Source: a virus
Length of the DNA: 64,000 nucleotides
Direction: 5' to 3' (one strand)
IMG/VR virus record: IMGVR_UViG_3300044951_001239
Span: 31,388-95,387 of that record
Below are positions 31,205-41,096 of this stretch, in pieces (the stretch's first letter is position 1; each line of letters opens with the position of its first letter). The position numbers and the translations under genes are program-made. Below the pieces are notes generated by a model. That model had not been told where the DNA came from. It saw nothing but the letters and a program-made list of their open reading frames with translations, and searched no databases.

Positions 31205-32164
31205 ATGACATACGCACAATACGGAACAGTATCCGCAGCAGATTTTAATACTTTAGTAGGTGGAAATCCTACTACAACTGCAAACACGCTTAATGCTACT
31301 TGGGCAACAGGTGGGAGTAGTGCAGGGTATGGACAAACTGCGATTGCTAATGTCTCAGTAGGTAGTAATGTCGCTGCTGTAGGAGCATGGGCAAATTTAG
31401 TAAATGTAACTGCATCTGCGGCTTCACATCAAGGAATGGCAATCACCTCAGTTACTGCACCGGTTGCAGGCGGAACAATTACATATTTGTCCGCGATACC
31501 AACCAACTTAACAACTATATATGGTAGTAGATTAAGTGCCGCTATCCAAGGTTCGACTTCTGCTAACTCTGCTAACCGTGCAACAACTTGGAACAATAAT
31601 CTAGTTGCAACTTTTACTGCTAGTTTTGCAAATGGTAATGCTGCTAGATTCTTTTTTAACTCGGGTGGCCAATTAAAATTAACATTTTCAGCTCCAACCG
31701 GTACAGCAATTGATAACTCACTAAACGCACTTGCAACTGCTGTAGGAACAGTAGTTATCTCTGCCCCTTCAAGTGGGGCAATTACAGTAGCAGCAGTTTC
31801 ATACAACGGTGTTACTAAAATAGGCGGAAGCGGAACGGTAAATGCAATATCAACTAACACGGGTTACTATGGATTAGGTACAGCTAATACACAACTGTTT
31901 AAACAACTAGTTGCTTCGGCTCCAGTAGGTTATACAAATACCAATATCAATATTCTTGCAAAAACCAATGGTACTCAGGGAACTAATCTGGATAACGGCA
32001 GCATTATTACTATATATTGCAATTGGGCAGAACTATCATCTACTGGGTTAACAGCAGCAGCGGGTGCAAACTCAATATTAACTGTTGCTTTCCCGGAAAC
32101 TACCTACCTAACATCCAATTCTTGGGGAGCAGTTACTACTACTGCTGTGGTTACAGGTACATAA
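31205..32164 (+). CDS. Virion structural protein (fibre-associated)
   Basis: 319 aa, T/A/G/N-rich, 'F.N...ARFFFNSGG' motif; follows the fibre gene. Confidence 0.55.
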   Translation: MTYAQYGTVSAADFNTLVGGNPTTTANTLNATWATGGSSAGYGQTAIANVSVGSNVAAVGAWANLVNVTASAASHQGMAITSVTAPVAGGTITYLSAIPTNLTTIYGSRLSAAIQGSTSANSANRATTWNNNLVATFTASFANGNAARFFFNSGGQLKLTFSAPTGTAIDNSLNALATAVGTVVISAPSSGAITVAAVSYNGVTKIGGSGTVNAISTNTGYYGLGTANTQLFKQLVASAPVGYTNTNINILAKTNGTQGTNLDNGSIITIYCNWAELSSTGLTAAAGANSILTVAFPETTYLTSNSWGAVTTTAVVTGT

Positions 32165-32212
32165 TTTTATGGCTATGTTATATCTATCTAAATACTCTTA
32201 TAGGAGAGTAGG

Positions 32213-32518
32213 ATGGATATCAAAAACTTACTTGCCGATTCAAAAGCAAGATTCAATCATAATTCAGCTAAAGCCTACCTGGCAGAAAAATACAAATCAA
32301 AATTAATTGTGGCTGAACAAGGTGGGTTATGGAAAGCCGACGCCGAAACTATTTTATTGCTCACTGGTTTTTCTTCTACTGAATTGGTTCTTATAGACAC
32401 CTTTAACAGTCCTGTTAAAGTAGATCGTCAGCAACTTTTAGAAAAACTTCAACAAATCTACGAAACTACCATGGAACAATGGTATACTGAATGGCAAGCA
32501 CTTGAGAGCAAGAGATGA
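32213..32518 (+). CDS. Hypothetical protein, first gene of glyco-module
   Basis: CTAAATA element and AGGAG SD upstream; overlaps the next gene. Confidence 0.7.
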   Translation: MDIKNLLADSKARFNHNSAKAYLAEKYKSKLIVAEQGGLWKADAETILLLTGFSSTELVLIDTFNSPVKVDRQQLLEKLQQIYETTMEQWYTEWQALESKR

Positions 32519-33327
32519 CCCGAGGTGCAATTTTATTTGCTTTTAACACAGAGAAATTTAATTATTACGAAATGGCAGAATATGCTGCTAAACGAATTAA
32601 TCACTTTCTTAATTTACCAGTAACTCTAGTTACTGATGCAGATTCATATCCAAAAGATACTAACTTTGTTTGGGACAATGTAATCAAAATAACACCTGAC
32701 AAAAGCAATACTCGTGTCTGGGGCACTTGGATTAATAAGGGTAGATGGCAAGCATATGAATTCGCCCCATATGATGAAACATTGTTATTGGATGTTGATT
32801 ATATAGTAAACTCATCAAATTTGTTAAAGATATTTGATTTCTACGATGATTTTTGCTGCCATAATACTATTGATTTCTTGATGCAGCCTAACGCAGAGCA
32901 AGAAAAAATAAGTCATTATGGATATAACTCTCTTTGGGCCACTGTAGTTGCGTTCAAAAAAACCAACAAAGTTAAAAATATCTTTAACTGTATGAAGATG
33001 GTACAAAATAATTATGAATTTTATATGAATCTGCATTCATTCAATACGGGTATCTATAGAAATGATTATGCATTGACTATCGCATTAAATATTATTAATG
33101 GGCATTTAACTGATACCCGTGATTTTATCCCCTGGAATTTATTACATATAGGAAGCAATACACAGATATATAAGTCTAATGAAGATGAATTAGATTCAGA
33201 ATTCACAGTTACCTTTGATAATTGGCAAAGAGGTAAAATTCGTAAAGAATATATAACAATTAATAATTTAGATTTCCATGTCATGGACAAAGAACTCTAT
33301 GTAGGGATTATTGAAAATGGAAAATAA
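32515..33327 (+). CDS. GT-A fold glycosyltransferase-like protein
   Basis: 'APYDETLLLDVDY' DxD motif; 'WATVVAFKK'; 'RNDYALTIA'. Confidence 0.65.
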   Translation: MTRGAILFAFNTEKFNYYEMAEYAAKRINHFLNLPVTLVTDADSYPKDTNFVWDNVIKITPDKSNTRVWGTWINKGRWQAYEFAPYDETLLLDVDYIVNSSNLLKIFDFYDDFCCHNTIDFLMQPNAEQEKISHYGYNSLWATVVAFKKTNKVKNIFNCMKMVQNNYEFYMNLHSFNTGIYRNDYALTIALNIINGHLTDTRDFIPWNLLHIGSNTQIYKSNEDELDSEFTVTFDNWQRGKIRKEYITINNLDFHVMDKELYVGIIENGK

Positions 33328-34078
33328 TAAAGGCTTTGTGATAATGGCGCAGGGAGATAGCTATGTGAAATGCGCCCAGGCTTTGGAACTTAGTATTAAA
33401 CAAGTAATGCCCAATGCCAATGTTACTATTATAACAACCGAAATGTTACCACATGGTGATCAGTGCCCTGATATATTTTGGAAATTACAAAACGATTGGC
33501 AAGTCTATGAAGCTAGTCCATATGAATATACAATCAAGTTAGAAGCAGACATGTATATCCCTAGATCAATTGAATATTGGTTTGATTCATTGAAAGATAG
33601 AGATGTGGTGATATGCACTAAAGTAAAAAACTTTATGCAAGAGGATTCTACTGTGAAATTTTATCGTAAATTTATTATTGATAATAAGTTACCAAATACA
33701 TATAACGGGATTACCTATTTTAAGAAATCACAGTTGGCTCAACAATTTTTTGAAACAACTAGAACTATTTGGGAAAATTGGAAAGAGGTACGAGACACCC
33801 TACAATGCAATGTAAATGAGCTTGCTACTACTGATTGGGTATATGCAATCGCTTCTCACATAATAGGAGTGGAAAAAACTACACTTCCGCAATTTGAACC
33901 AATGACAATGATTCACATGAAGCAGCACATCAATAATACTCCCTCAGAGGATTGGACAGATATATTCACCACTGAGATCCTACCCCATACTATTCGTGTT
34001 AACACTATTCCTCAATTGTATCCATTTCACTATCATGTGAAGCACTTTGCAAATACTATATTGGAGAATCTGAAATGA
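33317..34078 (+). CDS. GT-A fold glycosyltransferase-like protein (paralog of upstream gene)
   Basis: 'SPYEYTIKLEADM' (ExD variant); 'YNGITYFKKS'; 'TTDWVYAIA'; 'PFHYH'. Confidence 0.6.
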   Translation: MENNKGFVIMAQGDSYVKCAQALELSIKQVMPNANVTIITTEMLPHGDQCPDIFWKLQNDWQVYEASPYEYTIKLEADMYIPRSIEYWFDSLKDRDVVICTKVKNFMQEDSTVKFYRKFIIDNKLPNTYNGITYFKKSQLAQQFFETTRTIWENWKEVRDTLQCNVNELATTDWVYAIASHIIGVEKTTLPQFEPMTMIHMKQHINNTPSEDWTDIFTTEILPHTIRVNTIPQLYPFHYHVKHFANTILENLK

Positions 34079-34419
34079 CAGAGGATACAGATAATTCTAT
34101 GTTTGTTTGGAATGCGCCGGTTATCGTAAAGCCCGAATTTAGATTGTATTATGATGATTTAGGTAGTATAATATGTTATTCAGGTGATAACTTAGAAGGT
34201 AACTATGTAGTAATTGATGCTCAAACTTTTGCTGAGGGCAGATATGATCTAAGAATAATCGATGGCAAAGTTATCAAAAATTCTACTCACGCAACTATCG
34301 TTAGATTGACACTCAGTATTACTGGAACTTTATGCGCTGCCGAAGACCTAAGTGTTATTGTATCTGAAGAAGATGCAGTGGAAAAACAATATTGGAAATT
34401 AACTGTTTATGAATTTTGA
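34075..34419 (+). CDS. Hypothetical protein
   Basis: 114-aa ORF with ATGA overlap. Confidence 0.65.
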   Translation: MTEDTDNSMFVWNAPVIVKPEFRLYYDDLGSIICYSGDNLEGNYVVIDAQTFAEGRYDLRIIDGKVIKNSTHATIVRLTLSITGTLCAAEDLSVIVSEEDAVEKQYWKLTVYEF

Positions 34420-34522
34420 TGATTGCTTTCTTGCTATGCGAGCGTGACCAACTGAGCATTGACTAGCGGTAGGAATGGCTAGTTTCTTTTTGACAAGGAG
34501 TTCTATGCTTTGCCTGATATAT

Positions 34523-35158
34523 TTAGTAAGAACCGGACCCCTGCGGATCGACTATCCACGGATCGACGATCACTATTTGATTACCGCGCATCATATAGTT
34601 GCAACCGTGATGTAGATCCAATCCCCATCCATGCTTGTTACCAATCGTGTTAATCTCTAGTACTGTATTAAACAGTGTAGGATCTTTAACCCACGGTGTG
34701 GTTGTGACAAATTTAGTGCCCATCTCTTGTGCAACGATACGCTTAAAGGTTGCATAACTACGACCCTCAGTGATTGCCAAGTCAATTTGCTCAAGTAACT
34801 CCTTAATCTCCTCATCGGGGATTTCTGAAAGTTTTTCCATTTTAATCTGGAGATACATCTGCTTACTTCCTAGTGGATATTCAAAGCCAATCCAATCGCT
34901 GAAATGCGGAATGTAAGGGTTACTAGCATGTGACTTGCAGTAAATGGTCCAAGCCTTGAACATTTTATGATCTTCCGTAAATCCTTCTTGACCTTCTTGT
35001 GTACCGAAAATCTTTAGGATGTTGCCTTCCGGCGACTTCCATGTAGTTTGATCTCTACCTTCTCCCGAAGGACTGTATTTTAATGCAATTAAGTGAGCAC
35101 GTATGCCCGGATGTGTATAGCTACGCTCTTGTAGTTCACTGAATTCATGTAAGCGCAT
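34523..35158 (-). CDS. Protein kinase-like fold protein
   Basis: 'GEGRDQTTW' Gly loop, 'ILKIF' lysine, 'IKMEKL' hinge, 'DLHHGCN' catalytic loop, 'IVDP' metal-binding Asp. Confidence 0.65.
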   Translation of the reverse strand: MRLHEFSELQERSYTHPGIRAHLIALKYSPSGEGRDQTTWKSPEGNILKIFGTQEGQEGFTEDHKMFKAWTIYCKSHASNPYIPHFSDWIGFEYPLGSKQMYLQIKMEKLSEIPDEEIKELLEQIDLAITEGRSYATFKRIVAQEMGTKFVTTTPWVKDPTLFNTVLEINTIGNKHGWGLDLHHGCNYMMRGNQIVIVDPWIVDPQGSGSY

Positions 35159-35253
35159 GGATAATTTCAGGTGTTACTTTTGCTCTATAAATAATGCTAT
35201 AATAAGTAGCTGTATACTTGTTTTCTAAAAATTTCATAAAGGGTTTCTAAAAA

Positions 35254-36204
35254 ATGAACAACGATATTGTTTGTATTGCTGATCTATCAACTATTTATCT
35301 AAGTTATGACGAACCACAGAAAGAAGAATTTTGGCTCAAAATTAAAAATATGATTCCATGGGCTGTGCGTGTTGATGGAATTAAAGGTAGTGATGCAGCA
35401 CACAAAGCAGCAGGTGAAGCTAGTGATACTGAAAGATTTATCCTAATTGACGGTGATAATATGCCCGAAGAAAGTTTCTTCAATATGCAATTAGATTTTA
35501 CCGACAAAGATTCTAAATTCAAACTGGCACAATATCGTTGGAAAGCTATCAATAGTATCAATGGGTTGAGATATGGTAATGGTGGGCTGAGTAGTTGGAC
35601 AAAGACTTATGTTGCTAATATGAAAACACACGAAAATCAAACAGACGGTGATATAACACGGGTAGCTGATTTTTGCTTAGATAGTACTGACAGCTTGTAT
35701 TGGTCAATGCACGATTGTTATTCTACCACTTATCCTAATTATACTCCGTTTCAAGCGTGGCGTGCTGGATTCCGAGAAGGAGTAAAAATGGTTCTTGATA
35801 AAGGAGCCAAGACTGATATCAACACATTCAAAGAAACTACTGCAACTCGTAACCTCAACAATTTAACAATATGGCAAAATGTAGGTGCAGATGTTGAGAA
35901 TGGAATGTGGGCTATTTATGGAGCACGATTGGGAACATATATGACTATGTTAACTGATTGGGACCACACTAATGTACAATGGTTTGATAACTATATTGTA
36001 TTGTGGGAAGAACATAAGCATAGAGATCCAGAATGTGCAGCGACCGAGATAGGTGAAGTTTTACATGCCAAACTTGGATTGCCCATGTGTGTGTTGGGCA
36101 AAGAACAAAGTAAATTCTTCAAGCGACACTATAATGCTGATAAGTATAATATTGGGCCATTAGTAACAGAGATGGATGTAATAAGAAAGATTGAAGGTTG
36201 GTGA
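35254..36204 (+). CDS. Glycosyltransferase-like protein (GT-A)
   Basis: 'YLSYDEP..RVDGIKGSDAAHKAA..FILIDGDN..NGLRYGNGG..AWRAGFREGVKM'. Same family as the C-terminal domain of 47696-52285. Confidence 0.65.
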   Translation: MNNDIVCIADLSTIYLSYDEPQKEEFWLKIKNMIPWAVRVDGIKGSDAAHKAAGEASDTERFILIDGDNMPEESFFNMQLDFTDKDSKFKLAQYRWKAINSINGLRYGNGGLSSWTKTYVANMKTHENQTDGDITRVADFCLDSTDSLYWSMHDCYSTTYPNYTPFQAWRAGFREGVKMVLDKGAKTDINTFKETTATRNLNNLTIWQNVGADVENGMWAIYGARLGTYMTMLTDWDHTNVQWFDNYIVLWEEHKHRDPECAATEIGEVLHAKLGLPMCVLGKEQSKFFKRHYNADKYNIGPLVTEMDVIRKIEGW

Positions 36205-37775
36205 TGAAAAAATTAAATGATGTAATTTGGATAAAGAATAATTCCGGTGATATTGTTTCTAATAAAGAAAATATACAAACTGTAAAAAATCTATTAAATG
36301 ATACTGGATGTGGGTTTTGTTTAGCAAAGTTTACACAGGTTACTATGCATTTGGGTACTGGATTGGTACATTCATGTCATCACCCAAAAGCACATATTGT
36401 GCCATTAGAAGAATTAGAGAATAATCCAGCTGCATTGTTTAACACAAGCAAGTTAAAAGAAGCACGAAAAGAAATGTTGTCCGGTGAGAAACCAAGTGAG
36501 TGTGATTATTGCTGGCGAATGGAAGATAGAAATAGTCCAAGTGATAGATACTTCAAGAGCCTTGAGGACTGGGCATTGTCAAGCCATGACATGGTGCTTG
36601 AAAACGGACATGAGATTGACTATTATCCTACTTACTTAGAAGTTGATTTTAGTAATGTGTGTAACTTTAGCTGTGTCTATTGCGGCCCCGAGTACAGTAG
36701 TATTTGGGTAGAAGATTTAAAAAGAAACGGCCCAGTTAAGGTACTAGACAACACCAGCAAGGTACAATGGGTACAGGGCTGGCAAGACTTAGATGCTATA
36801 GCGTACAAGAATAGAGAACATAATCCATATGTTGACGCATTTTGGAAATGGTTCCCCGATGCATATAAGAAACTTAAGTTCTATCGTATTACTGGCGGAG
36901 AGCCATTGTTAAGTAAAGAAACATTTAGAAGCATTGATTGGCTGATTGAGAATCCAAATTCTGAATTAGATTTCAGTATAAATAGTAACATGGGTGTACC
37001 AGACAAGTTATGGTATTCATTTTTAGACAAGATAAAAGTATTAGTAAATGGAAAGTATGTTAAGAAGTTTACATTGTTTACAAGTGTTGATGCTTGGGGA
37101 GAGAAAGCCGAATATCTACGCCCGGGGTTAGATTTTGAATTATTCAAAAAACGATATGAAGAAGTCTTGCAAATTGGTGGGGTAAGATGCGTAATCATGT
37201 GTACATTTAACTTATTAAGTGTTACTAGTATACAACAGTTATTAGAATGGCAATCTGATTTGCGAAGCAAATACAATGTTGACAGAGAACTATTACAGTT
37301 AGAAACTCAATTTGGTTTTAATCTAGGTGGAGAAATTTCTCATACTGAAAGAAACAAATTATCCGGAGAGCATTTTGCTATAGTCGGCATTGATATTCCC
37401 TATTTACGCCATCCTCAATGTTTAGATGCTCATTTTTCAGATAAGAATTTGATTGAGCAATACTTAGTCCCGGCAATTAACTTTATGTCAAAAAATACAG
37501 GAAGTTCACATTGGGGATTGCATCAAGGTTACGAGTCATATGAAGTTGAAAAAATGAAAAGAATTGTATTTGACGTACTTCATTTTAACTCAATACATGA
37601 TGAAAAAAATCCAGTTGTAGTTGAAGGCAGAGCAAAGTTTTATGATTTTGTTAACGACATGGATAGACGCCATAACAAGAATTTTCTAGAAGTTTTTCCT
37701 GAGTTTAAATCATTTTATGAAAAATGTAGACAAAATAAAAATGACATATTAAAAGAAGAACATAAACTACCATGA
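36204..37775 (+). CDS. Radical SAM protein with N-terminal Cys-rich auxiliary (twitch/SPASM-like) region
   Basis: CNFSCVYC (CxxxCxxC), 'ITGGEPLL', N-terminal 'CLAKF..SCHHP..ECDYCW'. Confidence 0.85.
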   Translation: MKKLNDVIWIKNNSGDIVSNKENIQTVKNLLNDTGCGFCLAKFTQVTMHLGTGLVHSCHHPKAHIVPLEELENNPAALFNTSKLKEARKEMLSGEKPSECDYCWRMEDRNSPSDRYFKSLEDWALSSHDMVLENGHEIDYYPTYLEVDFSNVCNFSCVYCGPEYSSIWVEDLKRNGPVKVLDNTSKVQWVQGWQDLDAIAYKNREHNPYVDAFWKWFPDAYKKLKFYRITGGEPLLSKETFRSIDWLIENPNSELDFSINSNMGVPDKLWYSFLDKIKVLVNGKYVKKFTLFTSVDAWGEKAEYLRPGLDFELFKKRYEEVLQIGGVRCVIMCTFNLLSVTSIQQLLEWQSDLRSKYNVDRELLQLETQFGFNLGGEISHTERNKLSGEHFAIVGIDIPYLRHPQCLDAHFSDKNLIEQYLVPAINFMSKNTGSSHWGLHQGYESYEVEKMKRIVFDVLHFNSIHDEKNPVVVEGRAKFYDFVNDMDRRHNKNFLEVFPEFKSFYEKCRQNKNDILKEEHKLP

Positions 37776-38548
37776 GAGTGGCATTATGTATTAGTGGACA
37801 GCCTAGGACATGGGAAAAATGTTATCAAAATTGGATAGATAACATTATGCCCGGGATAGAAAAAGATTTGTTCTTTCATTTATGGGATTATAATTCATTA
37901 CCTAGTATAATTAATACTATTCCGGGTGCACCAAAAAATTATAATAAAAAAATATCCGAAGATGAGAAAAATCTAATTATAGATAGATTACAGCCAAAAA
38001 AGCATAAATTTGATAATAAAGAAATTCCCAATCGAAGTAATGATCCTAGTTTTATTAATGAATTTGTGAAAACTCCCCTAGGATGGTGGTGCCGAGGACA
38101 ATATTATAGTTTATGGTATTCTTCACAACTCAAGCGACAATACGAATTAGAAAATAACTTTGAGTATGATATAGTATTTAGAGTGAGAACTGATTTACTT
38201 TTCACCGCACCGGTTATAGTTCCTGAAAAACTTGAGTATAATTCAATATATTCTACAAACAATGGATGGATGGAAAATATTGGTACATTTATGATAGGCG
38301 ATACTTTTTATTTTACAGATAGTTTTACCTACGACCAAATATCTCAGTTTATACATGGATTAAACTTTATTGATGCATATAATGTAGTTGGACCTAATAT
38401 AACTTTTCAACCACCTGAAGTAGGGTTTTATCCTTTTGTCAGGTCACTTGGAATAAAAAACATAAATTCACTTCAGAATTTTAAAATAGCAAGAACGCAA
38501 GAATATCTTGATATTAAGAAGGAGTTAAATTCTTTTGAAACCTTATAA
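37772..38548 (+). CDS. Putative glycosyltransferase-like protein (paralog 1)
   Basis: 'VALCISGQPRT..FFHLW..YDIVFRVRTD'. Confidence 0.55.
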   Translation: MRVALCISGQPRTWEKCYQNWIDNIMPGIEKDLFFHLWDYNSLPSIINTIPGAPKNYNKKISEDEKNLIIDRLQPKKHKFDNKEIPNRSNDPSFINEFVKTPLGWWCRGQYYSLWYSSQLKRQYELENNFEYDIVFRVRTDLLFTAPVIVPEKLEYNSIYSTNNGWMENIGTFMIGDTFYFTDSFTYDQISQFIHGLNFIDAYNVVGPNITFQPPEVGFYPFVRSLGIKNINSLQNFKIARTQEYLDIKKELNSFETL

Positions 38549-39491
38549 TATTGCAGTTTGCTTAAGCGGTGAGCCAAGAACGTGGCAACATACCGCCACT
38601 GCCATTAAACATTTCTTTAGTAGTGATGTTAATAATTATAAATTTTTTGGACATACTTGGAATAACAGTTATTATAAAAAAGAACACCGATATTCTAGGA
38701 AATCGCTCATTAATTCTTTAAAATCATCTAATGTGACACAAGATCATGTAGTAAATAAATTTAAAAATTATAATACTCAATTTGCTAAAAGTTGGCAAGA
38801 TGACTATGATAACAAAACTCTAGCAGATAACTTAATTGATACGTTTGGTATGACCGATATACTAGTGGAAGATAAAAAAGTTGTGTCTGATGTGTGTGAT
38901 TCATTAGATTTGATTTATCCAGAGTTTGTTGCTAAATTTGATAAAGAAAATAGTGCAAATCAAAGAAAACCTGTAGTTTGGTCTCATATGTCGTATAGCA
39001 AGATGAGAGCAAATTCACTAAAAACACAATATGAATTAGAAAACGAAATTCAATTTGATGTTGTAGTTAGTGCAAGATTTGATGTGTGCTATCCACCGAC
39101 AGAAAAGTTTGATCATTGGTTGCAACAACATGGTACTATATTACCGACAGCTATATACGGAGAAACTCATTATTTTCCAAATGAATATTTTTTGCCGCAT
39201 ATTAATGATGTTATATATTTTGGCAATAGCAGAATTATGAATGTAGTTGACAATTTTTATAGATACTTTGTATCGGGTAAATTTTGGGAAATGCTTGATG
39301 AAAATTATAATGATTGCGCTCTTAAGAGTTGTGGGTATAATGTTAATTTGTACCAATGGTTAACTATTAAAAATATTTTAATTAAAAACATTAATATACC
39401 CCATACAGTTTTTAGAAAAACGGCAACAAATTTAACATGGCCAACCGACTGGAATGAAATTGTTAATGCTAATAGGATTTTATTTCAATGA
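38535..39491 (+). CDS. Putative glycosyltransferase-like protein (paralog 2), TTG start
   Basis: 'IAVCLSGEPRT..FFGHTW..FDVVVSARFD'; AAGGAG upstream of TTG. Confidence 0.55.
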   Translation: MKPYNIAVCLSGEPRTWQHTATAIKHFFSSDVNNYKFFGHTWNNSYYKKEHRYSRKSLINSLKSSNVTQDHVVNKFKNYNTQFAKSWQDDYDNKTLADNLIDTFGMTDILVEDKKVVSDVCDSLDLIYPEFVAKFDKENSANQRKPVVWSHMSYSKMRANSLKTQYELENEIQFDVVVSARFDVCYPPTEKFDHWLQQHGTILPTAIYGETHYFPNEYFLPHINDVIYFGNSRIMNVVDNFYRYFVSGKFWEMLDENYNDCALKSCGYNVNLYQWLTIKNILIKNINIPHTVFRKTATNLTWPTDWNEIVNANRILFQ

Positions 39492-40303
39492 AAATTGCTT
39501 TTTGTTTCAGTGGGCAGATTCGCACCGGTATACAAACTTACCCAAACATAAAACGATTTATAGGTGAACTTTGGGATAGCTGTGATTTTTTTGTCCACAC
39601 TTGGAATTATGAATCATATAAATCATTTAGTAAATCATCAATAAACGGTATATCTTTATTGCCTAGACAAAATCATTTTATTACAACTGAAAAAATAGAA
39701 AAATTTGCTTCATGTTATAATCCTAGAGGTATTATTGTAGATGATTTTGAATCATATAGCGAAAGACATATAAATCCAATTTGGTACTCTACATCAGAAT
39801 CGTTTAAGATTATGGAAAAGTATTCAACTGAGCATGATATAAAATATGATGTGGTTATAAAAATTAGACCTGATGTTATTTTTGGTACGGAAAGAAGATT
39901 GATAAATGAAATAAATCTATATGAAAAAACTCCAACAGTACTGTATAGTGATTGTTATACTGAAATAAGATTAGATGATGTAGTTTGGGTATTAAATTTT
40001 GAAAATGCATGTAAAATGTATACTGTGTTTGATTATATAATAAATAATATGACGGCAGAACAAGATGAAAAACAAACCGTATTGGAATTTTTAAAAGATA
40101 ATAACATCACAAACTCAAGTACTTTTCATAAAAGGTTTCAATATGCCATATATAGGAATGAATCATATATGTTTGATCCAATGACACAATTTAAAGAATG
40201 TTTTCGGAATGATAATCTACATTATGGTTCTTTTGGATTTACAGATGAGGAACATTTTAAAAAAATAAGCACAGAAGATAAACTAGGAATCAAATATGAT
40301 TAA
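39488..40303 (+). CDS. Putative glycosyltransferase-like protein (paralog 3)
   Basis: 'IAFCFSGQIRT..FFVHTW..YDVVIKIRPD'. Confidence 0.55.
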   Translation: MKIAFCFSGQIRTGIQTYPNIKRFIGELWDSCDFFVHTWNYESYKSFSKSSINGISLLPRQNHFITTEKIEKFASCYNPRGIIVDDFESYSERHINPIWYSTSESFKIMEKYSTEHDIKYDVVIKIRPDVIFGTERRLINEINLYEKTPTVLYSDCYTEIRLDDVVWVLNFENACKMYTVFDYIINNMTAEQDEKQTVLEFLKDNNITNSSTFHKRFQYAIYRNESYMFDPMTQFKECFRNDNLHYGSFGFTDEEHFKKISTEDKLGIKYD

Positions 40304-41096
40304 TCATTTATACACTAATGGTTGTAGCTGGACAGCCGGCAATGGAATAGATCAAGATCCATTATTAAAAAGTATACCTTACCCTCAAAAATATAATTAT
40401 CTAAATAAACTAGGTTGGCCTGCTAAGTTAGCGCAACATCTTAATGTTCCTTTTACTAACAAAGCACAGGGAGCCGGAAGTAATAAACGAATGATTCGTA
40501 CCACTTGTGATTTTTTGAGAAAATATCCCAAAGAAGAATATAAAAACTTGGTAATAGTATTGGGCTGGACTACTGCGGATCGCAATGAAATGTATTTTGA
40601 AGAAAATGAAAATACGAAAGGATGGTGTATGTTCAATGCAACACAGCCAGTCAGTAGTCATGGGGGACTTTTTCGTCCAAACTTTTCATCAAGTTTTCTA
40701 CGCAGGATAGATGATTGGCAAAAACAATATGTGGGTGACTTTTTTAGCGTATATTCAACCTACTCATACTATTTTCAAGAAATGTATTTAATGAGTAATA
40801 TGCTAGAAAACTTAAATATTAAATATATGTTTTTCAGTAGTTTACCATGGAAAAGAATGATATATGGTGGAACTGAAGAAGTGCTAAAATCGTTTACAAC
40901 TGAAATAAATGAACTTAAAAAACCTACTATACTACAAACTAGAGACTGTGATGATTCATTAAATGTAATGTTTGATTTCTGTTTGAAAAATAATTTACCA
41001 ATGGCAAAGGACCATCATACTATGTCAGTAGGACATGCAGAGTGGGCCAATCATTTATCAAATGAACTAAAAGAACTTTATCCAAATGACATTTAA
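40296..41096 (+). CDS. SGNH/GDSL hydrolase-fold protein (esterase/acyltransferase)
   Basis: 'NGCSWTAG', 'GAGSN', 'DHHT..GHAEWA'. Confidence 0.7.
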   Translation: MINHLYTNGCSWTAGNGIDQDPLLKSIPYPQKYNYLNKLGWPAKLAQHLNVPFTNKAQGAGSNKRMIRTTCDFLRKYPKEEYKNLVIVLGWTTADRNEMYFEENENTKGWCMFNATQPVSSHGGLFRPNFSSSFLRRIDDWQKQYVGDFFSVYSTYSYYFQEMYLMSNMLENLNIKYMFFSSLPWKRMIYGGTEEVLKSFTTEINELKKPTILQTRDCDDSLNVMFDFCLKNNLPMAKDHHTMSVGHAEWANHLSNELKELYPNDI

